64,000 bases of DNA from a virus. The stretch lies in IMG/VR virus record IMGVR_UViG_3300030104_003613, one strand, 5' to 3'. This document shows, piece after piece, positions 55,566-63,835 of this stretch (positions within the stretch are counted from its first letter, which is position 1; each line of letters starts with the position of its first letter). The position numbers were made by a program, and so were the translations under genes. The notes under the pieces are model-generated. The model was given only the letters and a program-made list of their open reading frames with translations, was not told the DNA's origin and did no database searches.

Positions 55566-56032
55566 TTAACGTTACCCGGTGATAAGGATTGAAATATTTT
55601 AGAGCAAACATCAATAGCACCTGGCGCTCCATATACACCAGAGAAGATATAAGATATGCCCAACTTGGAGTAATACTTCTCAAGTTCCTGACACTTTGCT
55701 ATGTCGCTGGTGCTGTGATCAATAATAATATCACCCTCTTCAAGAAAAGGTAGCAACTCATCAAGTGTGTCTTCTGCCTTCTGCTCTGGGAGCGTAATCT
55801 GAAAGATACCAGGAATCCTACCAGCACTAGTAAACTTCTTTCTATCAGATTTAACTGCTTGAACAAGATACTCTAGTGAGGTTACACATCCACTGATGTA
55901 TCCTGCTTCATATTGTCCGCAGGCATTCTCGTAGTTAGTAGTACTGTAACCCCAGACTTCAATACCTTTCTCCAGCATACGGCGGGCCATACCTTCACCG
56001 GTACGACCTAAACCAATCATTCCTACTTTCAT
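55562..56032 (-). CDS. Truncated 6-phosphogluconate dehydrogenase (NAD(P)-binding domain only)
   Basis: MKVGMIGLGRTG..MARR..L.EGDIIID...S..GV.GA; stops at 156 aa. Confidence 0.75.
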   Translation of the reverse strand: MKVGMIGLGRTGEGMARRMLEKGIEVWGYSTTNYENACGQYEAGYISGCVTSLEYLVQAVKSDRKKFTSAGRIPGIFQITLPEQKAEDTLDELLPFLEEGDIIIDHSTSDIAKCQELEKYYSKLGISYIFSGVYGAPGAIDVCSKIFQSLSPGNVK

Positions 56033-56033
56033 T

Positions 56034-56357
56034 TTAATTAACGTGAATTTTACCTACCATTCCTGCCGCATGATGATGACCACAATAGAAATCATATTCT
56101 CCAGTATCAGCAAAGATAATATCCTGTGTCTGACCAGGACTGAAGAACAATGATTCTCTTGAAAGATCGGGGCGACCATCAACAATAATATTATGAGGTG
56201 GTAGCATACCATTTACAAAATGGATACTCTCTCCTGCTTTAATTGTAATATCAGATGGTTCAAATAAAAGTTGACCATTTGAATTCATTGCTACATCAAC
56301 AGCCCATGCTGGTGCGGCAAGAAATAAGGTAGAGAGTAAGGCAAAAAGAAATCTCAT
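56034..56357 (-). CDS. petE: Plastocyanin
   Basis: Signal peptide, FEPS..I.AGE, PHN and YC..H..AGM copper ligands. Confidence 0.92.
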   Translation of the reverse strand: MRFLFALLSTLFLAAPAWAVDVAMNSNGQLLFEPSDITIKAGESIHFVNGMLPPHNIIVDGRPDLSRESLFFSPGQTQDIIFADTGEYDFYCGHHHAAGMVGKIHVN

Positions 56358-56393
56358 ACAGACTACGCGATTACACTATCTATTCAGATCTTA

Positions 56394-56822
56394 TCACATC
56401 TTATAGGAATCGTCAGCCTTTTGTGTTGGAACAATAGTAAACGTTCCAGGTTCTACTCTAATAGTTTGTCCAGGTGCAGTTTGTGCTGCCTTCTCAATTA
56501 ATTTCTCCATCTGTTCTTTAGTGATGCCACTTCCACCACCGTTGTTTCCGTTCTTCTTACCTGCTTGAACCCCGAAAGTAGCTAAAACTCCGGTGAAGAC
56601 GCTGGCTATAAAGGTGGGATCGAGTTTCTGCTCTGGGATTCCAAGTGCGGGTGGTAGTTTAATGTACGCCAACGTAAGGATTCCACCAGACCATACAAGA
56701 ATACCAAGCCTAACAAAGGTAGATAGAATCGCAAGTTGTTCTTCCTTGTCATCTGCCGCCTCTTTAAGTTTACTCAAAGGACCCTTCTTTTTAGGTTTCT
56801 CTTCCTTAATTTCTTCTGGCAT
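56394..56822 (-). CDS. Two-TM membrane protein
   Basis: VRLGILVWSGGILTL and DPTFIASVFTGVLATFGV helices. Confidence 0.7.
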   Translation of the reverse strand: MPEEIKEEKPKKKGPLSKLKEAADDKEEQLAILSTFVRLGILVWSGGILTLAYIKLPPALGIPEQKLDPTFIASVFTGVLATFGVQAGKKNGNNGGGSGITKEQMEKLIEKAAQTAPGQTIRVEPGTFTIVPTQKADDSYKM

Positions 56823-56850
56823 ATTTAAGAAACCATTTATTAATATTTAG

Positions 56851-56876
56851 AAAAAAAGGGACCTAATTAGGTCCCT
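56851..56876 (-). terminator. Rho-independent terminator
   Basis: AGGGACCTA-AT-TAGGTCCCT followed by a T-run. Confidence 0.65.
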
Positions 56877-57013
56877 GCTCCTTGAAATACTGGTGTCATT
56901 ACACCACCATCTGATCCGTCATCATCCTCATCCTTTTTAGCTAGAGCTAACATAAGGAAGTATGGAGTGATGATGAACACTAGTGTCTGTAATAGTGTCC
57001 AATCATATGTCAT
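56867..57013 (-). CDS. Small membrane protein (48 aa)
   Basis: MTYDWTLLQTLVFIITPYFLMLAL..DEDDDG.DGG.MTP; start trimmed. Confidence 0.6.
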   Translation of the reverse strand: MTYDWTLLQTLVFIITPYFLMLALAKKDEDDDGSDGGVMTPVFQGAGT

Positions 57014-57102
57014 GATTCCTGTCCCTTTCCATTTGTGGCACATGTGGCAGCTCCCAAGGGGATTAGGAGTAATACTGCTGCCACATAGAATCCCCAAGAC
57101 AT
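57010..57102 (-). CDS. Single-helix micro-protein (30 aa)
   Basis: Hand translation MSWGFYVAAVLLLIPLGAATCATNGKGQES; coupled to both neighbours. Confidence 0.5.
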   Translation of the reverse strand: MSWGFYVAAVLLLIPLGAATCATNGKGQES

Positions 57103-57224
57103 TACACTACTCCGGGAATGATTTGTCCGCTAACTGCATAAACCAAACAAATCGCTACAAATCCCATCATAGCGGCACGACCTTGTGCCCTTACAAAGAT
57201 ATCAGCATTAGATGCGTTTTCCAT
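57102..57224 (-). CDS. hli: High-light-inducible protein, degenerate (40 aa)
   Basis: MENASNADIFVRAQGRAAMMGF..SGQIIPGVV. Confidence 0.75.
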   Translation of the reverse strand: MENASNADIFVRAQGRAAMMGFVAICLVYAVSGQIIPGVV

Positions 57225-57331
57225 CAGAAGATACCAGGAATGATTTGACCTGTGGTAGCATAGGCACCCATTGCTGCGACTACACCCAGCATTGCTGCCC
57301 AACCATTAATACGTTCTGCCTTTTCGTTCAT
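57224..57331 (-). CDS. hli: High-light-inducible protein (35 aa)
   Basis: Hand translation MNEKAERINGWAAMLGVVAAMGAYATTGQIIPGIF; not in the ORF track. Confidence 0.9.
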   Translation of the reverse strand: MNEKAERINGWAAMLGVVAAMGAYATTGQIIPGIF

Positions 57332-57488
57332 TGTTTTTCTCCTGTGTTTTGTTTTTGATAATGACTCTGCCTTTGTCTCTTAAATATTCTATTTGAAATT
57401 CCAACTCGTCGTCATGCCCCCAGCAGAGTTCTTCGTATAGGGCATTCAACTTCTCCATATCTTCGTGGAGTTGATTTGGATTAGACAT
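57306..57488 (-). CDS. Hypothetical protein
   Basis: NPNQL.EDMEKLNALYEELCW.HDDEL.F. Confidence 0.65.
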   Translation of the reverse strand: MSNPNQLHEDMEKLNALYEELCWGHDDELEFQIEYLRDKGRVIIKNKTQEKNNERKGRTY

Positions 57489-57516
57489 ATAAGACGTTTA
57501 AACTATACTTAATTTA

Positions 57517-57783
57517 TCAGGAAAGTCCCCGAATTTCAAGTTGAACGCCTGTTTGATCGCGTTTAATGTTTTCATACGTTGACGAATCACCGTAGATTTT
57601 GTGGTCCTTGTAACCAATCTGTGCTCCCTTGGTGCGTTGTAACGCTGCCATGAAGACAATGAGAAGAAACACACTTGGTGCTCCAATGATAAGTGCCCCA
57701 CCAAAGATATACCCCGCAAGGAATTCAGCAATGGTATGGTTGGCAGCCCAAGAGAATTCGGTCTGCGTCAAAAGTTCAAGCAT
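57517..57783 (-). CDS. Membrane hypothetical protein
   Basis: WAANHTI.EFLAGY..TM..GY.DHK.YGD. Confidence 0.65.
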   Translation of the reverse strand: MLELLTQTEFSWAANHTIAEFLAGYIFGGALIIGAPSVFLLIVFMAALQRTKGAQIGYKDHKIYGDSSTYENIKRDQTGVQLEIRGLS

Positions 57784-58003
57784 TGTCGTGATTGATAAAG
57801 TGTTTGTTTAGAACTTCAATTCGTTCTTCTTCATGTGCGATGATATCAAGTTGCTCTTGGATGGCACCAAGTACATCAGGATGTTCACCAATACCCACAG
57901 GGTTGTGGAGATAGACTTCTACATTTGCTTTTGCTTTGGCAATGATACCCTCGGCATCAGCACGAAGTCCTTCAAGGATTTTAACGCGAAGATTACAAGA
58001 CAT
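57776..58003 (-). CDS. Conserved phage hypothetical protein
   Basis: G.I.KA.ANVEVYL.NPVGIGEHPD. Confidence 0.75.
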   Translation of the reverse strand: MSCNLRVKILEGLRADAEGIIAKAKANVEVYLHNPVGIGEHPDVLGAIQEQLDIIAHEEERIEVLNKHFINHDNA

Positions 58004-58028
58004 TAGTTCCCCTCTTTTTCAGTATGTA

Positions 58029-58256
58029 TCAAACAATACCAAAGAAGAAGTTCCCAGTGACTGCGTAAGAAACGAACCCAGCAATGATGCCAAGCATAGC
58101 AGCACGACCATTCAGTTTCTCTGCTCTTTCAGCATAGGTTTCATAACCATAGCGTTCAGCAGCGGTTTGGTCAATGTACATACGGGGTTCAGTAGCCCAC
58201 ATGTTGGTGCGTCCACCTTCTTCAATTGTCACGGTGTTCGAGCGTGTTACAGTCAT
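58029..58256 (-). CDS. hli: High-light-inducible protein with N-terminal extension
   Basis: AEKLNGRAAMLG; N-terminal EEGGRTNMWATEP resembles the HliA/B and Psb34 N-terminus. Confidence 0.9.
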   Translation of the reverse strand: MTVTRSNTVTIEEGGRTNMWATEPRMYIDQTAAERYGYETYAERAEKLNGRAAMLGIIAGFVSYAVTGNFFFGIV

Positions 58257-58282
58257 TTACCTAATGTAATGAATCTTTACAT

Positions 58283-58311
58283 ACTATATATGTTTTCTTT
58301 ACATTTGTCAA
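58283..58311 (-). promoter_or_regulatory. Sigma70-type promoter for the hli cluster
   Basis: TTGACA-17nt-TATAGT. Confidence 0.7.
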
Positions 58312-59285
58312 GCTCCTGTGGACGGTTCGGTTATTGCCTCCACCGCATTAAGGGACATTTGACGAAGATCTTCAGGCAGGGGAACGAATCCAAGACTATC
58401 TGATATTGCTTGTGACTCCTCACTCAACACATACCGAAGCATGTCCTTGACACCAGTTCTAGATTCGGGATACGCAAGAATCCATGTCAGAGAGACGATA
58501 GGATAACTGTTGGCACCCCCAGGATTAGCATTAGTCCCACGAAGTTGATCGTCCAGTTTGATTCTCGATAGACCTTCTGAAGAAGTTGTAGCATCTGCGG
58601 TGACAAAATTACCTGCCTTGTTCTGTAGTTTTACTTGAGTGAGTTTGGGATTCCTGGAGTAGTCATAATTCATATATCCAATAGCACCATCCTGTTGTAT
58701 CACCTGTGCGGCGACACCTGCGTTACCCTTGGCACCCACACCAACAGGCCACTTAACTGTTTTAGCCGTACCCAGTTTTTCCTTCCACTCGGAGGAGAAT
58801 GCGGACAGGGAGTTGGTGAATCCCTTGGTGGTTCCTGAACCATCAGCACGATAGACCACCAGGATCTTTTTATCTTCACAACCAAACTCTGACCAATTAT
58901 TAATCTTACCCAGGAAGACATCAACCAGTTGGGTCTGTGTCATCTTGGCATCACATCCTTTATTGTTATACGCGGGAACGATTGCCCCACCGGTCACCGG
59001 GATTTGTACTACAGGAACTTGTGGTCTCATTACCGCAGCATCAGTAGCACCGAAATCAATAGTCTTTGCGTTATATTGTCTTACACCAGCACCACTACCA
59101 ACAGCCTGATAGTTAATTCTATTTCCTGTCGCCTGTGAATATCTACTAAACCATGCCTGATACAGGGCAGCAGGGAATGTGGCACCCGCCCCATTAAGCT
59201 TTACGACATCTGTACTGCCACCTCCACAAGATACCAGGAGAGGTGTAGATATGAGGGCTACAGTAATTGTCTTTAGGTTCATCAT
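58308..59285 (-). CDS. pstS: Phosphate-binding lipoprotein PstS
   Basis: Lipobox LLVSC; GAGATFP, YQAVGSGAG, DFGATD, RADGSGTT and YPI motifs. Confidence 0.95.
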   Translation of the reverse strand: MMNLKTITVALISTPLLVSCGGGSTDVVKLNGAGATFPAALYQAWFSRYSQATGNRINYQAVGSGAGVRQYNAKTIDFGATDAAVMRPQVPVVQIPVTGGAIVPAYNNKGCDAKMTQTQLVDVFLGKINNWSEFGCEDKKILVVYRADGSGTTKGFTNSLSAFSSEWKEKLGTAKTVKWPVGVGAKGNAGVAAQVIQQDGAIGYMNYDYSRNPKLTQVKLQNKAGNFVTADATTSSEGLSRIKLDDQLRGTNANPGGANSYPIVSLTWILAYPESRTGVKDMLRYVLSEESQAISDSLGFVPLPEDLRQMSLNAVEAITEPSTGA

Positions 59286-59299
59286 TGTCTATTAGGTAT

Positions 59300-59331
59300 A
59301 AAAAAAGACCCCTGTATTATAACAGGGGTCT
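59300..59331 (-). terminator. Terminator after the OMP gene, with TATAAT at its loop
   Basis: AGACCCCTGT-TATAAT-ACAGGGGTCT followed by a T-run. Confidence 0.7.
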
Positions 59332-59357
59332 GTGTGTTTGTCTTTAAGACAAGGTTA

Positions 59358-59729
59358 TCAGAAGTTGAACTTCACGCCCAGCTTGGCACCGTAACCACGG
59401 TCGATGTCGGCATCACCGGAACCAAGGAAGGAGACCTCACCATAAGCACCCAGGTTATCGGTCAGACCGAGACCCAGACCTGCCTTACCGGAGGGTACAG
59501 TATCGCTTTCGCCGCCATCAGGAGAGACCACGCTAGCACCACCTTGGACGTAGTAGGAAGCACTGTCACCCAGAGCACCTTCGTAGCCCACGTGCATGTC
59601 AGTGACAGCACCGCCGTACTCACTGCCGGTCCAACCAGCATTGGTTTCCACGTTTACATAGGGACCAGCGACAGCAGCGCCAGCAGAGACGGTCAGAGCA
59701 GCAGCTGCTGCGAATACAGATTTGAACAT
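59358..59729 (-). CDS. Small outer-membrane beta-barrel protein
   Basis: Signal peptide, alternating beta-strands and C-terminal KFNF; codon usage rich in C-ending codons, like psbA. Confidence 0.8.
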   Translation of the reverse strand: MFKSVFAAAAALTVSAGAAVAGPYVNVETNAGWTGSEYGGAVTDMHVGYEGALGDSASYYVQGGASVVSPDGGESDTVPSGKAGLGLGLTDNLGAYGEVSFLGSGDADIDRGYGAKLGVKFNF

Positions 59730-59844
59730 TAGTTTTTACCTCGTTTGTTTACTTGCGGAATGGTTACCCGCAGATGAAAGGAGAATCGACACCCTCCGTT
59801 TGTAACCTTTTATTACTGAAATTACTGTCAGACAAAAGGTTAAG

Positions 59845-59878
59845 TATTTATACTAGCAGGGTTGTTCGGTTTTGTCAA
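59845..59878 (-). promoter_or_regulatory. Composite early+late promoter
   Basis: TTGACA-17nt-TAGTAT overlapping TATAAATA. Confidence 0.7.
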
Positions 59879-60669
59879 CCCTGGTGTTGAGTTGCTGATG
59901 ATTCGGAAACTCGACCCAAGTATGGGTCATAATCCATCAGTTCATCAATCGACATTGAAGCACCTCTCTGTGACCAGAAGTTAAATTGTGCCTCATAGTT
60001 TCCTTTATGGAATACATCGATGTGTTCTGGATGGATTGAAGATCCTAACTCAATCTTATACAGAAGTAAAGGAAGAGCATAGGTGTTGCCTGAATTATAA
60101 AGGAGGTCATCAGCAACAGGACGGGGACGGACACCATTGTCTAGTTTATACTTGTCTCCACGAACATGAAGTTTAAGCATCTTCTCGGCATGGTGTCTGG
60201 TGATAAGATAACAAGCGGTAGAGAATTCGTTTACGAATCGTTTGTGAATCTTGATTTGTATATCACCCGTACAAATAATAGCAATTTGACAGACATCCCA
60301 ATCGTAAGGAAGTTTACAGTAAAAGTCCCTCCATGTAAAGTTCCAGAAACGAACGAGATCAAGATTACAATCGTCCTCCATCATAATAGCATACGGTTCT
60401 CCGCTTTCGTAGAACTGTTTGATTGCCTTAAGATGTGAGGTTGTACAACCGATCTCGCTTGAAGTCATCATATCAGGGTATCTGCCCTTAATGATGCTCC
60501 CTAGGTCATCTTCTCGACCGTCATACGCGGACACACGGGTGTAGTTCTCAATCTCCCAATACTTGAACTGTTCTTCCATATAGTTCCATCGCTCTGGTTG
60601 ATCATCCAGATTGATACAATAGATAGGACCAATTCCTTTAAGTTTATGAACTGCTTTGTTTCTATCCAT
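59875..60669 (-). CDS. Glycosyltransferase family 25
   Basis: YCINLD..ER..R.SA.DG..EIGC..SH....MEDD..ST.CYLI. Confidence 0.85.
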   Translation of the reverse strand: MDRNKAVHKLKGIGPIYCINLDDQPERWNYMEEQFKYWEIENYTRVSAYDGREDDLGSIIKGRYPDMMTSSEIGCTTSHLKAIKQFYESGEPYAIMMEDDCNLDLVRFWNFTWRDFYCKLPYDWDVCQIAIICTGDIQIKIHKRFVNEFSTACYLITRHHAEKMLKLHVRGDKYKLDNGVRPRPVADDLLYNSGNTYALPLLLYKIELGSSIHPEHIDVFHKGNYEAQFNFWSQRGASMSIDELMDYDPYLGRVSESSATQHQG

Positions 60670-61462
60670 TGATAATCTCCCAGTGCTCGGGGTATAAGTC
60701 TTTTGTGTCCAAGTGTTGATTGTTAGGTCCGAACCATCGGGAAGGTGCGACGACTCGACCTTTATTTGCTAACCATGCTCCCCACCAACTGTAGGTGCTG
60801 TTAGCGATAATGAAGTCAGAACAGAGTGTCATCAAACATAGATCAATGTAACTACTGTTGCCAGTAGCAATCAAAAATCTATCCTCATCAAACAACTCTT
60901 GCTTCTTACACCATTGAGGATCATCGGAGAAGATCGCAACCTCCCTATTATTAGGAAACATATCAAGTGCTCTTCGATAATAATCAATATCTAGATTGTG
61001 ATGATTGCCTGAATTCTTCAGGAAGTCACCTCGCCTAATGTGTAGACCGATTGGGGCATTTACACCGCTAATCATCTCTCTACATGGTTCTAGAATATCA
61101 TCCTTAAATGTAAAGTCTTCACGAATTTCATCAGCAATATTATTGAAATACTTCTCGGTCTGAAAGTATCCAACAAGACTTACATCATCAGGACAGTTAT
61201 CATAAAACTCTTGCGAAAAAGTAAATCCAGGTTCTTGAACATACTGTTCTTCTACACCATCTCTGAACTCACAGTTCTTTAAGGTGAATGGTTTATCAAT
61301 TTCAATCCTTAATTTATTACCAAGGATGTCTACAAACATTTTATCATGATCTGGAATACAGAATTCATATCCTTTATTAGCAGCGATGCCTCTCAAGGAG
61401 GCATACTGAAACATTTGATTACCAAGTTGTCCTAGTTTACCTAGATGATTAAATCCCAGCAT
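60662..61462 (-). CDS. Glycosyltransferase family 11 (alpha-1,2-fucosyltransferase-like)
   Basis: GQLGNQMFQYA, GYFQ.EKYF, HIRRGD, FSDD and ANSTYSWWGA motifs. Confidence 0.9.
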   Translation of the reverse strand: MLGFNHLGKLGQLGNQMFQYASLRGIAANKGYEFCIPDHDKMFVDILGNKLRIEIDKPFTLKNCEFRDGVEEQYVQEPGFTFSQEFYDNCPDDVSLVGYFQTEKYFNNIADEIREDFTFKDDILEPCREMISGVNAPIGLHIRRGDFLKNSGNHHNLDIDYYRRALDMFPNNREVAIFSDDPQWCKKQELFDEDRFLIATGNSSYIDLCLMTLCSDFIIANSTYSWWGAWLANKGRVVAPSRWFGPNNQHLDTKDLYPEHWEIING

Positions 61463-61718
61463 GTTTTTCTAACTTTTGAATAGTTTTCTGTGCCCAGATC
61501 ATTTCGGTTTGAAGACGATTGATCTTATCATCATGCGACTTCAACCAATCATAATGTAATGAGTCATTGTTAAATTCATGATCATCATGAACGGTTGAGG
61601 CATCAGCCCCGTATCGTTCCGCTGCCCAGGCAGGGGGTGTAGAGGTCTTCCAAGGATAAAGTTTATACTCTAAATCAGCAACCCAACACCACAATGTGAC
61701 ACGAAGTTCTTTAAGCAT
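61449..61718 (-). CDS. Hypothetical protein
   Basis: 89 aa, overlapping both neighbours. Confidence 0.6.
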   Translation of the reverse strand: MLKELRVTLWCWVADLEYKLYPWKTSTPPAWAAERYGADASTVHDDHEFNNDSLHYDWLKSHDDKINRLQTEMIWAQKTIQKLEKHAGI

Positions 61719-62604
61719 TCGCTTTCACCCATTCTTCCAAATCAACCTGTGGTTCCCAACCAAAAGTTTCTTTGATTCTACCAATGTGAGCAAGACTAAC
61801 TCTTACTTCACCTTTACGAGGATCAATATACTCTTGCTTGTCGGATATCCATCCAGCAATTTCATTCACTGAATAGTTCTTACCCGAACCTACATTATAA
61901 ACCTTTCCATAGGATTTGTCATCCACTGCCATGGTGGCAGCAGCGATGTTAGCACGAACCACATCAGAGACGTGAATAAAGTCTCTACGCTGCTCACCAT
62001 CACCAACGATAGTGAGTGCCTCTCCTGCTGCCTTCTGACGATAGAAGATGCCAATCACAGGGGCATACTGTCCTTTTCTAGGTGCTCTATCACCATACAC
62101 ATTAAAGTATCTAAATGTGATAGTCTTTAATCCGAAGAGTTCAGTATACATCTGACACAGTTTCTCACCAGCAACCTTAGTTACTGAATATGGATTCAGA
62201 CAGTCATCTGGTTGTGTTTCAATATTGGGGAATGGATTGTTCCCATACCCCGATGAGGTGGACGAGTAGATTACTTTCTTGACTCCACCCTCTCTGGCAC
62301 ACTGAAGCACCGTACAGGTGCCTTGTACGTTCTTCTGGACGGCAGCGATGGGATTCTCAATGGCAGGTCCAATCCTTGATTCAGCAGCAAGGTGAAAGAC
62401 TACATCTGTGTTTGAATAAAAGACACGGGTTCTTTGGTAGTTGCTGATGTCTTGCTTGGCATACACTGCTTTCTCATTCTGATGAAACCGTTCAGAGTCC
62501 GCAGTTCTATCATCGAGAACACACACCTCATGTCCTTGTTTAATTAATTCATCTACAAGGTGAGAACCAATAAAACCTGATCCTCCTGTCACCAGTGCTC
62601 TCAT
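61711..62604 (-). CDS. NAD-dependent nucleotide-sugar epimerase/dehydratase
   Basis: TGGSGFIG, HLAA, YSVTK, RYFNVYG and RDFIHV motifs. Confidence 0.92.
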   Translation of the reverse strand: MRALVTGGSGFIGSHLVDELIKQGHEVCVLDDRTADSERFHQNEKAVYAKQDISNYQRTRVFYSNTDVVFHLAAESRIGPAIENPIAAVQKNVQGTCTVLQCAREGGVKKVIYSSTSSGYGNNPFPNIETQPDDCLNPYSVTKVAGEKLCQMYTELFGLKTITFRYFNVYGDRAPRKGQYAPVIGIFYRQKAAGEALTIVGDGEQRRDFIHVSDVVRANIAAATMAVDDKSYGKVYNVGSGKNYSVNEIAGWISDKQEYIDPRKGEVRVSLAHIGRIKETFGWEPQVDLEEWVKANA

Positions 62605-63335
62605 AATCTGTTGCTCCTAATAACTGAATTTGCGATACTTGCTTTAAGTTTAGTTGTTGAGTACCCATGATCTCTTGGAATCCAAACGATAGGTATTCCT
62701 AATCCTTTACCTGTATAAGATCCATCGCTGTAATCATCTCCAAGGAAACGAATATCATAATCCTCAAGATAACTCAAGTAAGTATCTTCTGCTTGATATA
62801 CAACAATGTCATCCACATGTTTAATGGATCGTAGAATCTCTTTCCTGTCCTCCAATGATTGGACTGGTTTCAATTTATATGGTCTTGCCATTGATGGATT
62901 CTCATGGAGAGCAATTGTAAGATGATTACAATACTCTTTAGCATACTTAAACATCCTGACATATCCAGGATGGATAAGATCAAATGCCCCCGCAACAATA
63001 CCTTTTTTCAATGGTTGTGTTTTGATCCAGTCCTCTGCATTGACTCCTTTGTCGTCAATGAAGATATCTGCGTTGGGTTTGTGGAACATTGGTTCCAACT
63101 CATTATATTTAACACCCCATTCAGATAACAATTTCTTGGTGGTATCAGTCCAATCAACACCAGATCCCCTGCCTCTGGCAGTCATAATGATAATATAATT
63201 CCCTTCATCGTAAAGACGATTCACTGTCTCTACCATAAGGGGAATAGGAGTTGATTCCGCATACCTACGACCATGACCATCTGGATTACTAGGTGTATTA
63301 CAGATGGTCTCGTCTAGGTCGAAGCAATATCTCAT
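62601..63335 (-). CDS. HAD phosphatase fused to a cytidylyltransferase-family domain
   Basis: FDLDETI..TAR..KP..D.FIDDK, then GAFDLIHPGY..RDHGYSTT; start at MRYCF. Confidence 0.8.
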   Translation of the reverse strand: MRYCFDLDETICNTPSNPDGHGRRYAESTPIPLMVETVNRLYDEGNYIIIMTARGRGSGVDWTDTTKKLLSEWGVKYNELEPMFHKPNADIFIDDKGVNAEDWIKTQPLKKGIVAGAFDLIHPGYVRMFKYAKEYCNHLTIALHENPSMARPYKLKPVQSLEDRKEILRSIKHVDDIVVYQAEDTYLSYLEDYDIRFLGDDYSDGSYTGKGLGIPIVWIPRDHGYSTTKLKASIANSVIRSNRL

Positions 63336-63835
63336 ATGACTCCATGAAGGAAAATCTGATGAACACACTCTACCACACCATATGACTCACTGGCAACATG
63401 AAAGTTCCACTTTGCGTATTGGGCATCACGCCTCATTCTATTATGTTCGCTGAATCCTGTCAGGATACCATAGTCAACTCCATATTTCTCACAATACTCC
63501 ATACAATTAACCATATTAGGAGACTCTCCACTTGAACTCATTAAGATAACAAGTGTTTGTGGTTCTAGATGATACTCTAAAAACTTGACATATGCTTTCT
63601 CATATCCAAAATCATTAGCAAGCATTGTCAACATAGAAGGGTCTGAAAATATAGAGACCTTCTTGTGGTGAAACTTCATGTAATCCTGTGAGATATGGGA
63701 AGCAACAGAGTTGCTGCCACCATTACCTAGGATAATAATTCTTTCATGTGTATTAAAATGGTTTTGAAACTTGGCGAACTCATCTCCTATGTGAGCAGTC
63801 TCCAGAGTTTCGATGTATCTATTAAATGGATTCAC
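63332..63835 (-). CDS. SIS-domain phosphosugar isomerase (GmhA-like)
   Basis: GNGGS..A.H, T..ANDFGY, SSSGES.N and YG.VE..H motifs; probable GTG start. Confidence 0.8.
   Translation of the reverse strand: MNPFNRYIETLETAHIGDEFAKFQNHFNTHERIIILGNGGSNSVASHISQDYMKFHHKKVSIFSDPSMLTMLANDFGYEKAYVKFLEYHLEPQTLVILMSSSGESPNMVNCMEYCEKYGVDYGILTGFSEHNRMRRDAQYAKWNFHVASESYGVVECVHQIFLHGVI

Noticed and set aside
58263-58282. NtcA site in the hli promoter
   Set aside because: The spacing is GTA-N9-TAC, not N8.
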